Shown in pieces: positions 1 through 11,973 of a stretch of 64,000 nt of DNA. The number at the start of each line of letters is the position of its first letter. The stretch's first letter is position 1. This DNA comes from Eledone cirrhosa. Lineage: Eukaryota. The notes beneath the pieces were generated by a model. That model was not told the DNA's origin, searched no databases, and saw only the letters and a program-made list of their open reading frames with translations. The stretch is from NCBI GenBank assembly GCA_964016885.1, contig OZ024743.1, positions 30,318,001-30,382,000 of the forward strand, read 5' to 3'. Both the position numbers and the translations under genes were made by a program.

Positions 1-442
1 ATCTAAGATCCCGTTCCAGTCGCCCACTAACACTAAAGAGCGAGGACGTTCCAAGAAAGGTCTCCAGACGCCGGAAGAAATCAGGCCGCCCTGCTCCTGT
101 CGGGCCATAGACGGCCACTAACCTGAAAGCTTGCCCGTCTCCGCTGGTCACGTCCAGCACCACCAACTTACCTTCTGGGTCCAGGAAGATGGCCCGTATG
201 GCAAGATCCAAACCTCTCCGAAAAAGCACAGCTACTCCTCCCCCCGATCCCGGACGGCTGGGAGATGCGTACACATCGTAGCCGCCGAAGATCGGTGCGA
301 AAGCCTGTGCCTCGGAGATTCTGGTCTCGCTGATGGCCACTACATCTATGTTTAGTGACCTGAGGTCGTTGACCAGGTGGCCCTGCTTCCATGACGACCC
401 CAAGCCACGCGCATTTATGCTGCCTATTCTGAGTGAGGTCAT
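1..442 (-). pseudogene. ORF2 N-terminal apurinic endonuclease (APE) domain, frameshifted
   Basis: Manual minus-strand translation from ATG 442: MTSLRIGSINARGL...IDVVAISETR...GGVAVLFR...FRLVAVYGP...LVLVGDWNGILD. These are APE motifs (NxRG, ET, VYxP, GDxN). About two 1-bp frameshifts explain why it is absent from the ORF track. Confidence 0.85.
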
Positions 443-476
443 GTTGAAAAGGAGTTGAAAAGATGGGAAAGACCAC

Positions 477-2423
477 TTACCTTACTTCTCGTAGGGGAAG
501 GACGGTTTTTCCATCCTTTTCACTGCTTGTGGCCTCCTCAGGAAGGATGTCCTTATAAATCCTCCTGGAGAGTGCTTGTCGGAAGTCTCCGATGTCTTTG
601 GGGAATTTTTGTTTTAGTGTCATGTACGTTTTCTGTGTGATGCGAGTGATTTGTATGTGTGGAGGTGGTGTGAATTTTGGGGTTGTTGTGTAGTCTTTTT
701 CTGTGATGCTGGTGTTGTGTTGGATGTAGTGTAATAATTGCTTGTTGTTCAAATTTAATGCTGTGTAGTGTGTATCGTTTTGGTTTTGTTTTGTTTGCGT
801 TTGTTGTGGGTTTGTTTCTGTTTCGCATTTTGGTAACTTTGTGGTGTAGGTGATGGTGGTGTTGGAGTTAATGATGGTGATGGTGTTGGTGTTTGGGTTG
901 ATGGGGTTGGTGATGCTGGTGTGGATGGTGGCATATCTGTCCTAACTTTTTTGTTTCTTAGTTTATTTGTTTCCCTCTGTATTTTATTTTTGGAGGGGAA
1001 AGGAAGAGAATTTTTTCTTTTTTGGTTTCTTTTTTTTTCCGGATATCGTTTCCCACTCCTCGTCGTCACAATCTGTCTCCAGTTGTGATAGGCCGGGGAG
1101 TGGAAAATCCTCCACAGCCGTTAGTTTTGGTTGTGGCGTGGTGGATGGTGTAGGCGCTGGTGCTAGTTCTGAAGCGTCGGGTGTTGGTGGTGTTGGTTTT
1201 GCTGGTGGTTGTGGTGGTGTTGGTTTTGCTACTGTTGCTGGGGTTGTTACTGTTATAGTTGCTTCTGTTGTTGCTGCTACAGTTGTTGCTGCCATCTCTG
1301 CTACTGGTGGTGTTGATGGTTGTGTCACTGGGGTGGGTAGGAGATGTGGCCTCAACATTTTAGCCTGAGGGCAGAAAGCCCTTAGATGTGTTCCTTCACC
1401 ACAAACGACACACCTAGGTCTTCTGCCCTCGACAATTACCGTGAGGTGGCTGCCGTCAGTGAGGTCTATTACCTCTGGGATCTCCTCAATGCTTTTTTGG
1501 TCCGCTTGGATCAGGAGCTCCATCCCAGATCCGGACCAGTTCTCCTGCTTTTCTTTTGCTATTGCTATTATTTTCGTGTTGGCTTCGATGCCGGCGAGGA
1601 CAGCCGCTATTAGCCAGGGAATTTCGATGGCCGGTGGAACGTGGGTCACCCTGATCTTTACGAGTCTCTGGCCACAATAGCTTGGGACGAGTGTGAAGTC
1701 GTCACTTCTTAATGGGGCCATGGAGTGTTCTCTAGCCTCCTCTGGTGTTTCAAAGAACACGTCCACGGTTCCATACTTTTGCCCACGTCTGATGTGGTTT
1801 TTTCTTGCCCACACATGTCCCAAAGCTTTTTGGATTTGGGACTCGGATGCCCGTTCCACTCGGCGCGATTTTACATTTAGTGTTCTATACGACACGGTGC
1901 ATAGGTGCCGATGCTCCATTTTATTAGGTGGGGGGGTTGAGGCTGACCCTGTACCCATCTTTTTTTACCATTTGTTTGGCATTTTCTAAATCCTCCTGAG
2001 TTACCGTATATTCTTCGAACTGTTTTGCTACTATTGCAAAACTGAGGGGCGTTTTTATAATGTCATTGTTGTTGTTGTTGCTATCGTTATTTGTGTTAAT
2101 ATTAATTTTAGTTTCAGTCGTGGTGGTAGTGACGTCAGTAGTCTTTGGTGGGGAAGAGTCCATTTTGCTTGATTTCATTTCGACATCACGAGTTAATTTA
2201 TTTTTTTCTTCTTTTGTCTCTGTTGTCGCGGTGGTGGTGGTGGTGGAGGCTTTAACACCTGCAGTCATTGGTAATGGCGGGAAATGTATGTCTACCTGAG
2301 ACAAATTTAAAATATTGCTAGTGCTTATATTTTTTTTGTGTTGGCAAACGTAGTAACATTTACAATGGTGGTGTCGGTGTGAGGAAGGCTTTCAGCTGCT
2401 TCGAGCAGAGGTGAATTAGCCAT
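477..2423 (-). pseudogene. ORF1 gag-like protein (RRM-like region + CCHC zinc knuckle + Pro/Thr-rich tail), broken by frameshifts
   Basis: ORF 984-1958 contains RCVVCGEGTHLRAFC (CX2CX4HX4C). Adjacent fragments 1924-2304, 755-1069 and 477-752 continue it. Likely start is ATG at 2423 (MANSPLLE). Several breaks lie in homopolymer runs. Confidence 0.75.
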
Positions 2424-2630
2424 TTTTTTCAAAGAAATTTTTTGATAATAATAAAAGTTTAAATTTTGGGCAGAAGGCCCCAATCTTTTTGGGTGTTCTT
2501 TTCGGAAAACAATGTATGTGCGCTTATAAACAGTTAACAATAAAATTTTCCATAAATGACAATTTTTAACAAACGGAAATAACAAACCTTTGCGGAGCTC
2601 ACGATGATACGATTTACTACGTAGGTCGCC

Positions 2631-2675
<45 letters not shown>
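2631..2675. repeat. (AAT)n microsatellite between the L1-like and Dong elements
   Basis: Directly visible AAT run. Confidence 0.95.
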
Positions 2676-5600
2676 CCCTAAGATCCAGAACTCCAAACAG
2701 AACCAAAAGATAATACACAAGACTAACATAATTTTCAAAAACATTATCATCACAAACAAACTAAGCATTACTGACTTAAATCATCTCTATTATGCATCGG
2801 CTAAAGTCACCACTCACTTATGTGGAGTGAAGATGAAAAAACAAAGGAATTCCCACAATAAATCTACTTGGCAAGATAACATCAATCGCCAAATAAACCT
2901 TCTCCGATCTGACATAGAAATTTTAACAAACTATAAAGTAGGTGAACATGTTAAACAAACTAAACTTAGAAAATTGAAAAAAAAGTACAGTATAAGATCA
3001 ACATGTGACATAGACATGCTGATAGAAACAATCAAGCAAAAAGTGTCGGCCAAAGCTGCTCGTATAAGGCGCTTTGAAAAACGATCTAGATTCTATAAGG
3101 ACAATAATATGTTCAAAAACAACCAAAGTAACTTCTACAGAAAAATTGGTAAGTCAACAATAACTGCTAAATCAATTCCACTCAAGGAGGAAGTGCAAGA
3201 ATTCTGGGAAAAGATCTGGGCCGAAGAAAAAGTTCATAACATACATGCCCCATGGATAGACAGACAAATGAAAGAAACAGCTCACCTTGAAGAACAAACA
3301 TGGGAAAATATAACAGTTGAACAGCTGCGCTTGCCTCTAAGTAAAACCAGCAAATGGAAATCCCCAGGAAAAGACAAAATACAAAACTTTTGGATAAATG
3401 CCTTCACAGAGTCTCATGAGCTGTTAGCCCAACTTTACAATGAAATAGTTAAGGAGCCAGAAAAGATACCATCATGGCTAGTTAACGGCATAACATTCCT
3501 GCTACCGAAGAATGATGAGACAAACAATCCCAAAAATTACAGACCGATAACCTGCTTGACCACAATGTATAAAATTTTAACATCAGTCCTAACTGAATAC
3601 ACATATGACCACCTGATAACAAATGACCTATTTCCCATTGAGCAGAAAGGGTGTAAACGAGGCTCATATGGCTGTAAGGATCAGCTTCTGGTTAACAAAA
3701 TGATACTGGAAGATTGTCATAATAGACACAAAAATCTATCGATTGCTTGGATAGATTATAAAAAAGCATTTGATAGTTTGCCACACAGTTGGATTGAAAA
3801 ATGTTTAGAGATTTTCAAAATATCCCCCGTTATCAGGAGGTTATTGTCATTCAGTATGAGGACATGGAGAACGACACTCCTTTTGAATAGTGAAACAAAA
3901 TCACTGGAAGCTGGAGAAGTTAACATTAATTGTGGAATTTTTCAGGGTGACTCTTTATCACCGCTTTTATTCTGCATCGCACTTATACCATTAAGTAAAA
4001 TGCTCAATGAAACAAAACATGGATATAGAGTCTATGACAAAACCATTAATCACCTGTTCTACATGGATGACCTGAAACTATTTGCAAAAAATGATGAACA
4101 ATTGCAAGGGCTATTATCCACTGTGAAGCAGTTCAGTGATGACATTAAAATGGAGTTTGGACTGGATAAATGCGCCAAAGCAACGTTCACCAGAGGAAAG
4201 CTGCTGAAGAGTTCAGACATTAATCTTGATCGGGGGAACGTGATAAGAGAGCTTGATCAAGAACAAACTTACAAATATCTAGGTGTTTGTGAAGGAGACG
4301 GAATCAAGCACTCGACAATGAGGGAAAGGATAAGGAAGGAATGTTACCGCAGAGTCAGAGCAATCTTAAGAACGGAATTGAATGCAAGGAATAGGATCGA
4401 TGCCATAAACACGCTTGCCATACCAGTAGTAACCTACAGTTACAATGTCATCAACTGGTCAAGCACAGAGATCCGTAGGCTCGATACAAAAATCCGAAAA
4501 TTCTTAACCATGCACAGAATGCATCACCCTAAGGCAGACATAGATAGAATATATCTCCCTAGGAAAGAAGGAGGACGTGGGTTAATCCAGTTAGACATTG
4601 CGTTGAAAACTGAAACAATTGGATTATCCACATATCTAAGGGAATCACATGATTGGATGATCAAACTCGTTTTGAAACACGAAAGCACCAAAAGATCATA
4701 TTCCATTACAAAAGATGCACAAAGATACAGTAATGGACTACAAATTTCAGAAGTCCCATTTACTGCTGAAATGGAAAACACAGAAAAAGCAAAGCAGGTA
4801 AAAGTAACTGCAAAGAAAGAACTGCTACAGAAACTGGCTAAGAAATGGCAAGAAAAGCCTCTGTATGGAAAATACCCAGAGCGAGCTAACAATCCTGATG
4901 TTGACAAAACTTTAACCCATCAGTGGTTGGCATCCTCTGGACTGAAATCGGAGACTGAAGGACTGATTATATCGGCACAAGATCAGTGTCTGCCAACAAA
5001 AAATTACCAAGCCAACATAATAAAAAATGGGTGCAGCCCATTATGCCGTGTATGCAAAAAACAACCAGAGACCATTGACCATATAATTTCAATGTGCAGT
5101 CCTATAGCTCCAACCGAATACCTAAACAGGCATGACAGAGCTGCACAATACATACATTGGATAATGTGCAAGCATTTTGACCTGCCCCATCAAAAGAATT
5201 GGTGGGAGCATCAACCACCTCCCATACTTGAAAAAGATCACATCTCAATCTTGTGGAACTTTAGCATCCAAACAGACCGAAAAATAGATGCAAATAGACC
5301 TGATATAATATTGAAGGACTTTCAAAGGAGGGTATGCCTGCTAATTGATATGTCTGTTCCAATAGACAAGAATGTATCTATAAAAACATTTGAAAAATTG
5401 AGCAAGTATAAGGACCTGGAGATAGAAACTGGAAAAATGTGGAAATTGAGAACTAAAACAATACCAGTGGTTGTAGGCGCTCTGGGAATGATACCTAAGG
5501 GGTCTAACGACTACTTATCGCAAATCCCAGGAAACCCGCGTATAGGAGAAATACAAAACATAGTACTAATGGGAACTGCCCATATACTAAGGAAGATCCT

Positions 5601-5750
5601 GTCAATATAAGTACATCACAAGTCTAAACACTAAGGATGCATGTGTGAATATGTGTGTTCTTTCTTGAACATGGCGGACCTTGTTGTCTCTTGAGGTCAC
5701 TGGTTGTGACTTGGTGATAACTCGTATAAACATAAAGCAAGATAAATGCA
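2673..5750 (+). mobile_element. R4/Dong-clade non-LTR retrotransposon, family A, 5'-truncated, in (TAA)n
   Basis: The reading frame is open from the (AAT)n junction (IPKIQNSK...DLNHLYYASA). It is followed by a ~140-bp 3'UTR and then (TAA)n at 5751-5770. Confidence 0.9.
2827..5610 (+). CDS. RT + CCHC zinc finger + restriction-like endonuclease (Dong/R4), uninterrupted 927 aa
   Basis: Motifs KSPGKD, NYRPITCL, WIDYKKAFD, GIFQGDSLSPLLF, HLFYMDD, CRVC..ETIDHIISMC, RHD, NRPD, LIDMSVP, KYKDL. Confidence 0.95.
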   Translation: MKMKKQRNSHNKSTWQDNINRQINLLRSDIEILTNYKVGEHVKQTKLRKLKKKYSIRSTCDIDMLIETIKQKVSAKAARIRRFEKRSRFYKDNNMFKNNQSNFYRKIGKSTITAKSIPLKEEVQEFWEKIWAEEKVHNIHAPWIDRQMKETAHLEEQTWENITVEQLRLPLSKTSKWKSPGKDKIQNFWINAFTESHELLAQLYNEIVKEPEKIPSWLVNGITFLLPKNDETNNPKNYRPITCLTTMYKILTSVLTEYTYDHLITNDLFPIEQKGCKRGSYGCKDQLLVNKMILEDCHNRHKNLSIAWIDYKKAFDSLPHSWIEKCLEIFKISPVIRRLLSFSMRTWRTTLLLNSETKSLEAGEVNINCGIFQGDSLSPLLFCIALIPLSKMLNETKHGYRVYDKTINHLFYMDDLKLFAKNDEQLQGLLSTVKQFSDDIKMEFGLDKCAKATFTRGKLLKSSDINLDRGNVIRELDQEQTYKYLGVCEGDGIKHSTMRERIRKECYRRVRAILRTELNARNRIDAINTLAIPVVTYSYNVINWSSTEIRRLDTKIRKFLTMHRMHHPKADIDRIYLPRKEGGRGLIQLDIALKTETIGLSTYLRESHDWMIKLVLKHESTKRSYSITKDAQRYSNGLQISEVPFTAEMENTEKAKQVKVTAKKELLQKLAKKWQEKPLYGKYPERANNPDVDKTLTHQWLASSGLKSETEGLIISAQDQCLPTKNYQANIIKNGCSPLCRVCKKQPETIDHIISMCSPIAPTEYLNRHDRAAQYIHWIMCKHFDLPHQKNWWEHQPPPILEKDHISILWNFSIQTDRKIDANRPDIILKDFQRRVCLLIDMSVPIDKNVSIKTFEKLSKYKDLEIETGKMWKLRTKTIPVVVGALGMIPKGSNDYLSQIPGNPRIGEIQNIVLMGTAHILRKILSI

Positions 5751-5770
5751 AATAATAATAATAATAATAA

Positions 5771-8565
5771 TCGTGGAAATGAGAAATGACATAGGAAAGC
5801 TTGAGTCACTACTGAATGGGACACTAAAAAACATAGGCACTAAAAATAGACTGGAAATAATATACAAAACTAGGAGGAAAAAGCTAAATATTATCATAGA
5901 GGAACTGAAGCAACGCATTGTAGCAAAGAGTGCAAAAATCAGGCGATACGAGAACAGAGTCAGTCAGTATAAACAGAACCGCATGTTCGACAACAACCAG
6001 AAGATGCTGTTTTGACAGCTTGAGGGGAAAGAAAGAGGCAACGACTTGATCCCTGGGGCGGAGCAAACTAAAACATTCTGGAGAGGAATATGGGAGCAGG
6101 ATGTTAGACATAATGTCCAGGCAGGGTGGATTGAGACAGTACAGAGGGAGATCGGTGAGCAGGCACACCAACAAACTGATTTGAGTATCACAGTTGAAAC
6201 TCTTAAGGGGCAGGCCAAAAAACTAACCAACTGGAAATCACCAGGCCCAGATGGTGTGCAGGGGTATTGGATTAAAAAATTAACATCCCTCCACCCGAAG
6301 CTGACGGCCATGTTCAATGATTGCTTGGTGTCGGGTGAGGTGCCAGAGTGGTTGACAAAAGGTACCACAGTTCTGATAATGAAAGACCGAATCAAGGGTA
6401 ATGATGTTACCAACTATAGACCTATCACATGTCTGTCCGTAATGCGGAAACTGTTGACGAGCATTGTGTCTGAGGAAATCTACCATCACCTCCACACAAA
6501 CAACTTGTTACCGGACGAACAGAAAGGATGCCGAAAGAAGTCACGTGGTACAAAGGACCAGTTACTTATTGATAAGATGGTAATGGGGAATTGCAGGAGG
6601 AGACACACTGATCTGGCAATGGGATGGATAGACTACAGAAAGGCATTTGACATGGTGCCTCATTCTTGGATCACCAAAAGCCTGGAGATCTTCAGGGTGG
6701 CAGATAACATCAGACAGTTGCTGGGCAGGAGTATGGGGTCCTGGGAGACCGAGTTGACATCAACTGGAGTATCCTTGGGAAGCGTGAAGATCAAGTGAGG
6801 TATCTTCCAGGGAGATAGCCTGTCCCCTCTGTTGTTTGTCCTTGCCCTGATGCCCTTGACCATTATGTTGCGAAAAGTGAGAGCAGGATACAAGTTCGGA
6901 AAAGGAGAGCTTACCATAAATCACCTCCTCTTCATGGACGATCTTAAGCTCTTCGGGAAAAGTGAGAAGGAGTTGGATGTGCTTGTTGACACTGTCCGTA
7001 TTTTCAGCAGTGATATATGTATGCAGTTTGGTATTAATAAATGTGGAGTCATTGTGATGAGGAGGGGTAGGTTGAGCAGAAGTAACGGGATCCAGATACC
7101 AACAGGTGAGATGTCCGTATTTTCAGCAGTGATATATGTATGCAGTTTGGTATTAATAAATGTGGAGTCATTGTGATGAGGAGGGGTAGGTTGAGCAGAA
7201 GTAACAGGATCCAGATACCAACAGGTGAGATGATAAATGAAATTGACTCTGAGGAAGGATACAAGTATTTGGGCGTTCTGGAGGCTGATGGCATAAAGAA
7301 CAAAAAAATGAAGGAATTGTTAAGAACTGAATACATTCGGAGAGTAAGGGGCGTATTGAAGTCACATCTGAACAGCAGAAATGCCATAAGCGCAGTAAAT
7401 TCCCGAGCTGTGTCTATTATTAGGTACAGTGCGGGAATTCTGAGATGGAATGTTGCTGAACAAAAAGAAATGGATAGGAAGACTAGGAAGCTATTGACTA
7501 TCTACAACATGTTCCACAAGAGGAGTGATGTCGATAGCCTCTACCTAAGGAGATCTGAGGGTGGAAGAGGTCTTATCAGCATAGAGGACTGTGTTCAGAT
7601 GGAGAAAAACAACCTATACAAATACGTGACCTATAGTAAGGAGCCAATGCTCAGAACTGTACTGAAGGAGGGGACAATAGGCCAGGGGATGTTCAAGGAG
7701 GAAATAACATCAAGGAGGAAGAGCAGCCTTAAGGGAAAATCCCTTCATAGTACCTTCTTTGAGAAAACTGAATTTAGAGATCCACAGACATGGAACTGGT
7801 TGAGAAGAGGAGACCTCAAAAAGGCTACAGAAGGAATGCTAATGGCTGCGCAGGAGCAGTCCCTCAAAACGAAGTGGTTGAAGCACCATATTTACAACGA
7901 GGAGGCTAGCCCACTGTGCAGGATCTGTGGAGAGAGAGAGGAGACTGTGGCTCACATTGTGTCCGAGTGTAAACACCTAGCCCAGACACACTATAAGGGC
8001 TGGAGACACGATGTGATGGGCAGGGTGATCCACTTGCACCTGTGCAAAGTAAATAATTTACCACATTCTGAGAAATGGTATGAGCATAGGCCAGAGGCGG
8101 TGATGGAGAACAATCAGGTGAAGGTGCTGTGGGATTTTAGGATACAGACGGACAAAAAACTGGAACACAATAGACCTGACCTGGTGGTTGTGGACAAAGA
8201 AAAAAAATCGTGTCTGATTGTGGATGTGGCCTGCCCTTTCGACACGAGAGTGCAAGAGAAGGAGAGGGAGAAAATTAACCGATACCAGGACCTAAAGTGG
8301 GAGGTGAAAAAGATTTGGAACTGCCATGAAGTCAAAGTGATCCCGATTGTCATAGGCGCACTGGGGACTATCTCCAAAAGTTTCCAGGGATGGTTAAAGA
8401 AAATCGGCCCCTTCACGCTTTTTGGAACGCTTCAACAGGCATGCTTGCTTGGAACTGCAAGAACCCTCCGATACGTCCTGAATATCTGAGGCTGCAGGTA
8501 GTGGCTTGCTATTCATTCCAACGGACTTTCCAGTTAACCAACATCAATGACTGAGATTCAAGGAA
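5771..8565 (+). pseudogene. R4/Dong retrotransposon family B, 5'-truncated defective copy
   Basis: Near-identical to 49383-52060. It has in-frame TGA at 6013 (GGA in the other copy) and 6796 (AGA in the other copy), a 119-bp internal duplication, and (TAA)n on both sides. Confidence 0.92.
6993..7230 (+). repeat. 119-bp tandem duplication inside the RT, causing a frameshift
   Basis: TGTCCGTATTTTCAGCAG...CAGGTGAGA starts at 6993 and again at 7112. Confidence 0.92.
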
Positions 8566-8660
8566 TAACAACAATAATAATAATAATAATAAAAAGAAGA
8601 AGAAGAAGAAGTAGAAGAAGAAGAAGAAGAAGAAGAAGAAGAAGAAGAAGAAGAAGAAGA
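8566..8660. repeat. (TAA)n followed by (GAA)n
   Basis: Directly visible. Confidence 0.95.
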
Positions 8661-9611
8661 AACATTCTTATTCTTATTATTAATGATAATAATAATCATG
8701 TTCAGCGTGTTGATAATAATGTTGATGATACACATAGAACAATTGTTTTTACTTTAATCCTCTAGACTCAATGGCAAGAGATGCATGAGAGGTTGGATTT
8801 CCTTGTTGAATTATTCAAATTTAGTAATTGCACATACATCCTTTCAGATGTCATGAAAAGGAACTTGGATGTTTTCGTTTCGTGCAAAATTATATTTATT
8901 CAATATCATATCACATTTCAGTAGGAGACAACCCTACAATAGTGTTACAAAGATTACCCCATATCGCGGATCATACTGCTTTCTAAACTACACCTTATAA
9001 GAAGAGCAGGAATACTCATCACAACACTTTAATTAATTGCACTGTTGGTTTTACAGTAGTGCTGTGACACAAAACAACGGCAGAATATTTGTTAATGATA
9101 ACTTAAATTTGAACGGTGTCGGGGTTGCATTACATTTCCTAGTTACAGGATGTTGACTGGAAATCAGAGGGTATTAGACTGATCATCCTCCCAAGTGGTT
9201 GTTCAGCAACACATCCACTACGAGTGAAATATAATACATTTGAAAGCTACATATTTACCAAGAAATTATGTTTGTAATATAAGCTGAGGTATCTCACAAT
9301 GTATTTGCGCAAATCATTGTACAAAGTCAGGTCTCTGATGACCGGCAACGTGGCTTCAGACCAAAATATGATACACAACAAGAGTAGTAGGAATTATATA
9401 GTTTCATAAGTATCTGATAGCTATCTGCACATTTTTTGGAATTGTTCAACGGCCTGTTAAAACATTAGACGGATTTATTTCCTCAATATAAGATATTCTT
9501 CGTTTACAGTCAATGACAGAATATTGATTTAAAAAAGAAAAATCTCTCCAAAACTCTACTGAAGAAGAAACATAAGCACCTACAAATCGCCACTCGCGGT
9601 GGTGTACACAC

Positions 9612-9921
<310 letters not shown>

Positions 9922-11385
9922 TATTCCTTTGAGTGTGTGCGGGAGTGTTACAGTCGCCGGTTAGAATCCATTCTCCATGGTAGTTACTGCCTGTGTGTGA
10001 GACAACTAAGTTAGCTGAAATGTTAAAATTAATAAATGTCAGTTAGAAAATGAGACGATCAGAATTTCCATAGGTTAACTCTATATGGTAAACAGAAAAC
10101 CATATGAGTGATAAGGTTCCAGACAGTAGTCTGAGAGGTCACTTGATAATACACGACTTACTTCTGAGCTAGTATCTATTTCCTCGATTCACAAATATAA
10201 TATTTGTATTATTTTTACACTTTTGCGGTCTAATTTCCTCACATAAAACTTTTTCTGCAGTATTCAATTTTCTCTCTCAAATGTTATGGCTTTGAACCAA
10301 TCGTCTTTGCAGGGATGTTGAGACGAAGAGAATGAACAACCGTTAACTATCTGACTTAGGAATAACTGACACTGAACGTTCTGAATTTGATCTCGATTGT
10401 AAACAATGATGCAGAGATTCGAAGGCCAGTGCTAATATTTGCATTAGGAGTTCGTCGGAATGTTCGCTAAAACCTTTATCTGCCATAAACATCTACTACA
10501 TAATGAAATGGATATTTATAACAGATATTAATCAATACACTATTAGGAAGAACAATATGACAGTGAAAAATTATGTGTGCAAATTATTAATCCTTATCAA
10601 TTAGCGAATCGCTGGAAGTGTTAGACATTTTAAAATGTGAGTCTGCCATTATGGTAAATTTATATATAAATTAGGATAGAATGGTGGATTTCCAGAATTG
10701 TTAGAGCGTCAGTTAAAATGTAAGGTAAGAATTTTTCCGACTCTTTGAACTCTAGTTTGTGCTTCTTGTTCATCCTTATATGAGAAATAGGTATTTCTTA
10801 ATTGCTGGAATTGATGTGTTGCTGTAAGGCCACCCGATATCTGGCTATGTTTGTTATGAAATGTATTAGACGTGAAAGAAAGCACTGACAATTCTATTCG
10901 CCGACATTCTTTGACAGTTCAACAAATATATAGAAGACATAGACAGGTAAAGCGAGGGAGTGAGGTTCTGAGAATAAATGTTGGGGTATTTGAAGATCTC
11001 GGGAACATTGACCTTTCATGAGGGATAATATGGTTAGAGAAGACGTGTGAGACGTGTGAGCGATATGTGTCTAGCTGCCTGCTCCATGGAATGAGAGATG
11101 ATGGTATTATCCTTATAAAAGGTAAAGGTTGCAACGTTTGTGACGTATTTTGAGAGGCACCAGTTCGTACTGATGCTCATGTTTCTGTTAGAAATACTGC
11201 TGTATGATGAACCGGGCAAAAAAGGGTGAATACATGATATTCATCTCTATTCAAATCATTATATGCCTCCAGTGAGGAGGATGTTGAATAGATAAATCCC
11301 TACTCACCAGTGTTACAGACATAAGATGGTATAAATTAGCTGCAAAATATAAAGCACGCGGGGAAAACTGCATGGCGCCTTTATG

Positions 11386-11488
11386 GTCTGAGTTCAAATC
11401 CCGCCGAGGTTAACTTTGCCTTTCATCATTACGGGGTCGATAAAATAAAGTACCACTAATGCACTGTGCCAAAAGTAGAAACAATTAT
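11386..11488 (+). mobile_element. tRNA-derived SINE, partial copy
   Basis: B box GTTCAAATCC, then GCCGAGGTTAACTTTGCCTTTCATC...GGGGTCGATAAA and the tail AAGTAGAAACAATTAT, all matching 19131-19319. Confidence 0.85.
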
Positions 11489-11891
11489 ATATTTGCACCT
11501 CTTTCCCTCTAACATTAAAAATCAGGAGGGTCAAACTTTCTTTTTATCAATGTTAAGTCAGTAAAATTAATACCTGTATATGGAACCTCCTAAATCAAAT
11601 TCAACTGACTTTAGATTTTCTGGTCTTATGCTATATTATAAATCATGATTTGTTTTACTATATATACATATATGTGTATGTCTGTGTGTGTAGTGTGTAT
11701 GTGTGTGTGTATGTGTGTGTGTGTGTGCGCGTGTGTGTGTGTGTTTTCTGGTGGCGAGATTCCGCTATATAGCCTCAATAAAATGAATATTGAAACTCTA
11801 AATCGGTATTGACTACTATAATCTCTCAGCCGTCAACAACATACGGACACAAACATACATACGTACACCTGCAGCCGAACACGCACGCACA

Positions 11892-11973
<82 letters not shown>

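Larger units (their letters stand above)
1..2630 (-). mobile_element. L1/Tx1-like non-LTR retrotransposon, 5' part (5'UTR, ORF1, start of ORF2); continues beyond window start
   Basis: The minus strand starts GGCGACCTACG...GAGCTCCG directly after (TTA)n. A zinc-knuckle ORF1 follows, then an AP-endonuclease ORF2, the order typical of the L1 clade. Confidence 0.85.

Noticed and set aside
6013-6798. In-frame TGA codons as selenocysteine or read-through
   Set aside because: The other copy has GGA and AGA at these sites, not Cys, so they are ordinary nonsense mutations.
10700-11280. Possible host exons
   Set aside because: Only short frames with no recognisable domain or consistent splice pattern; cannot be supported.
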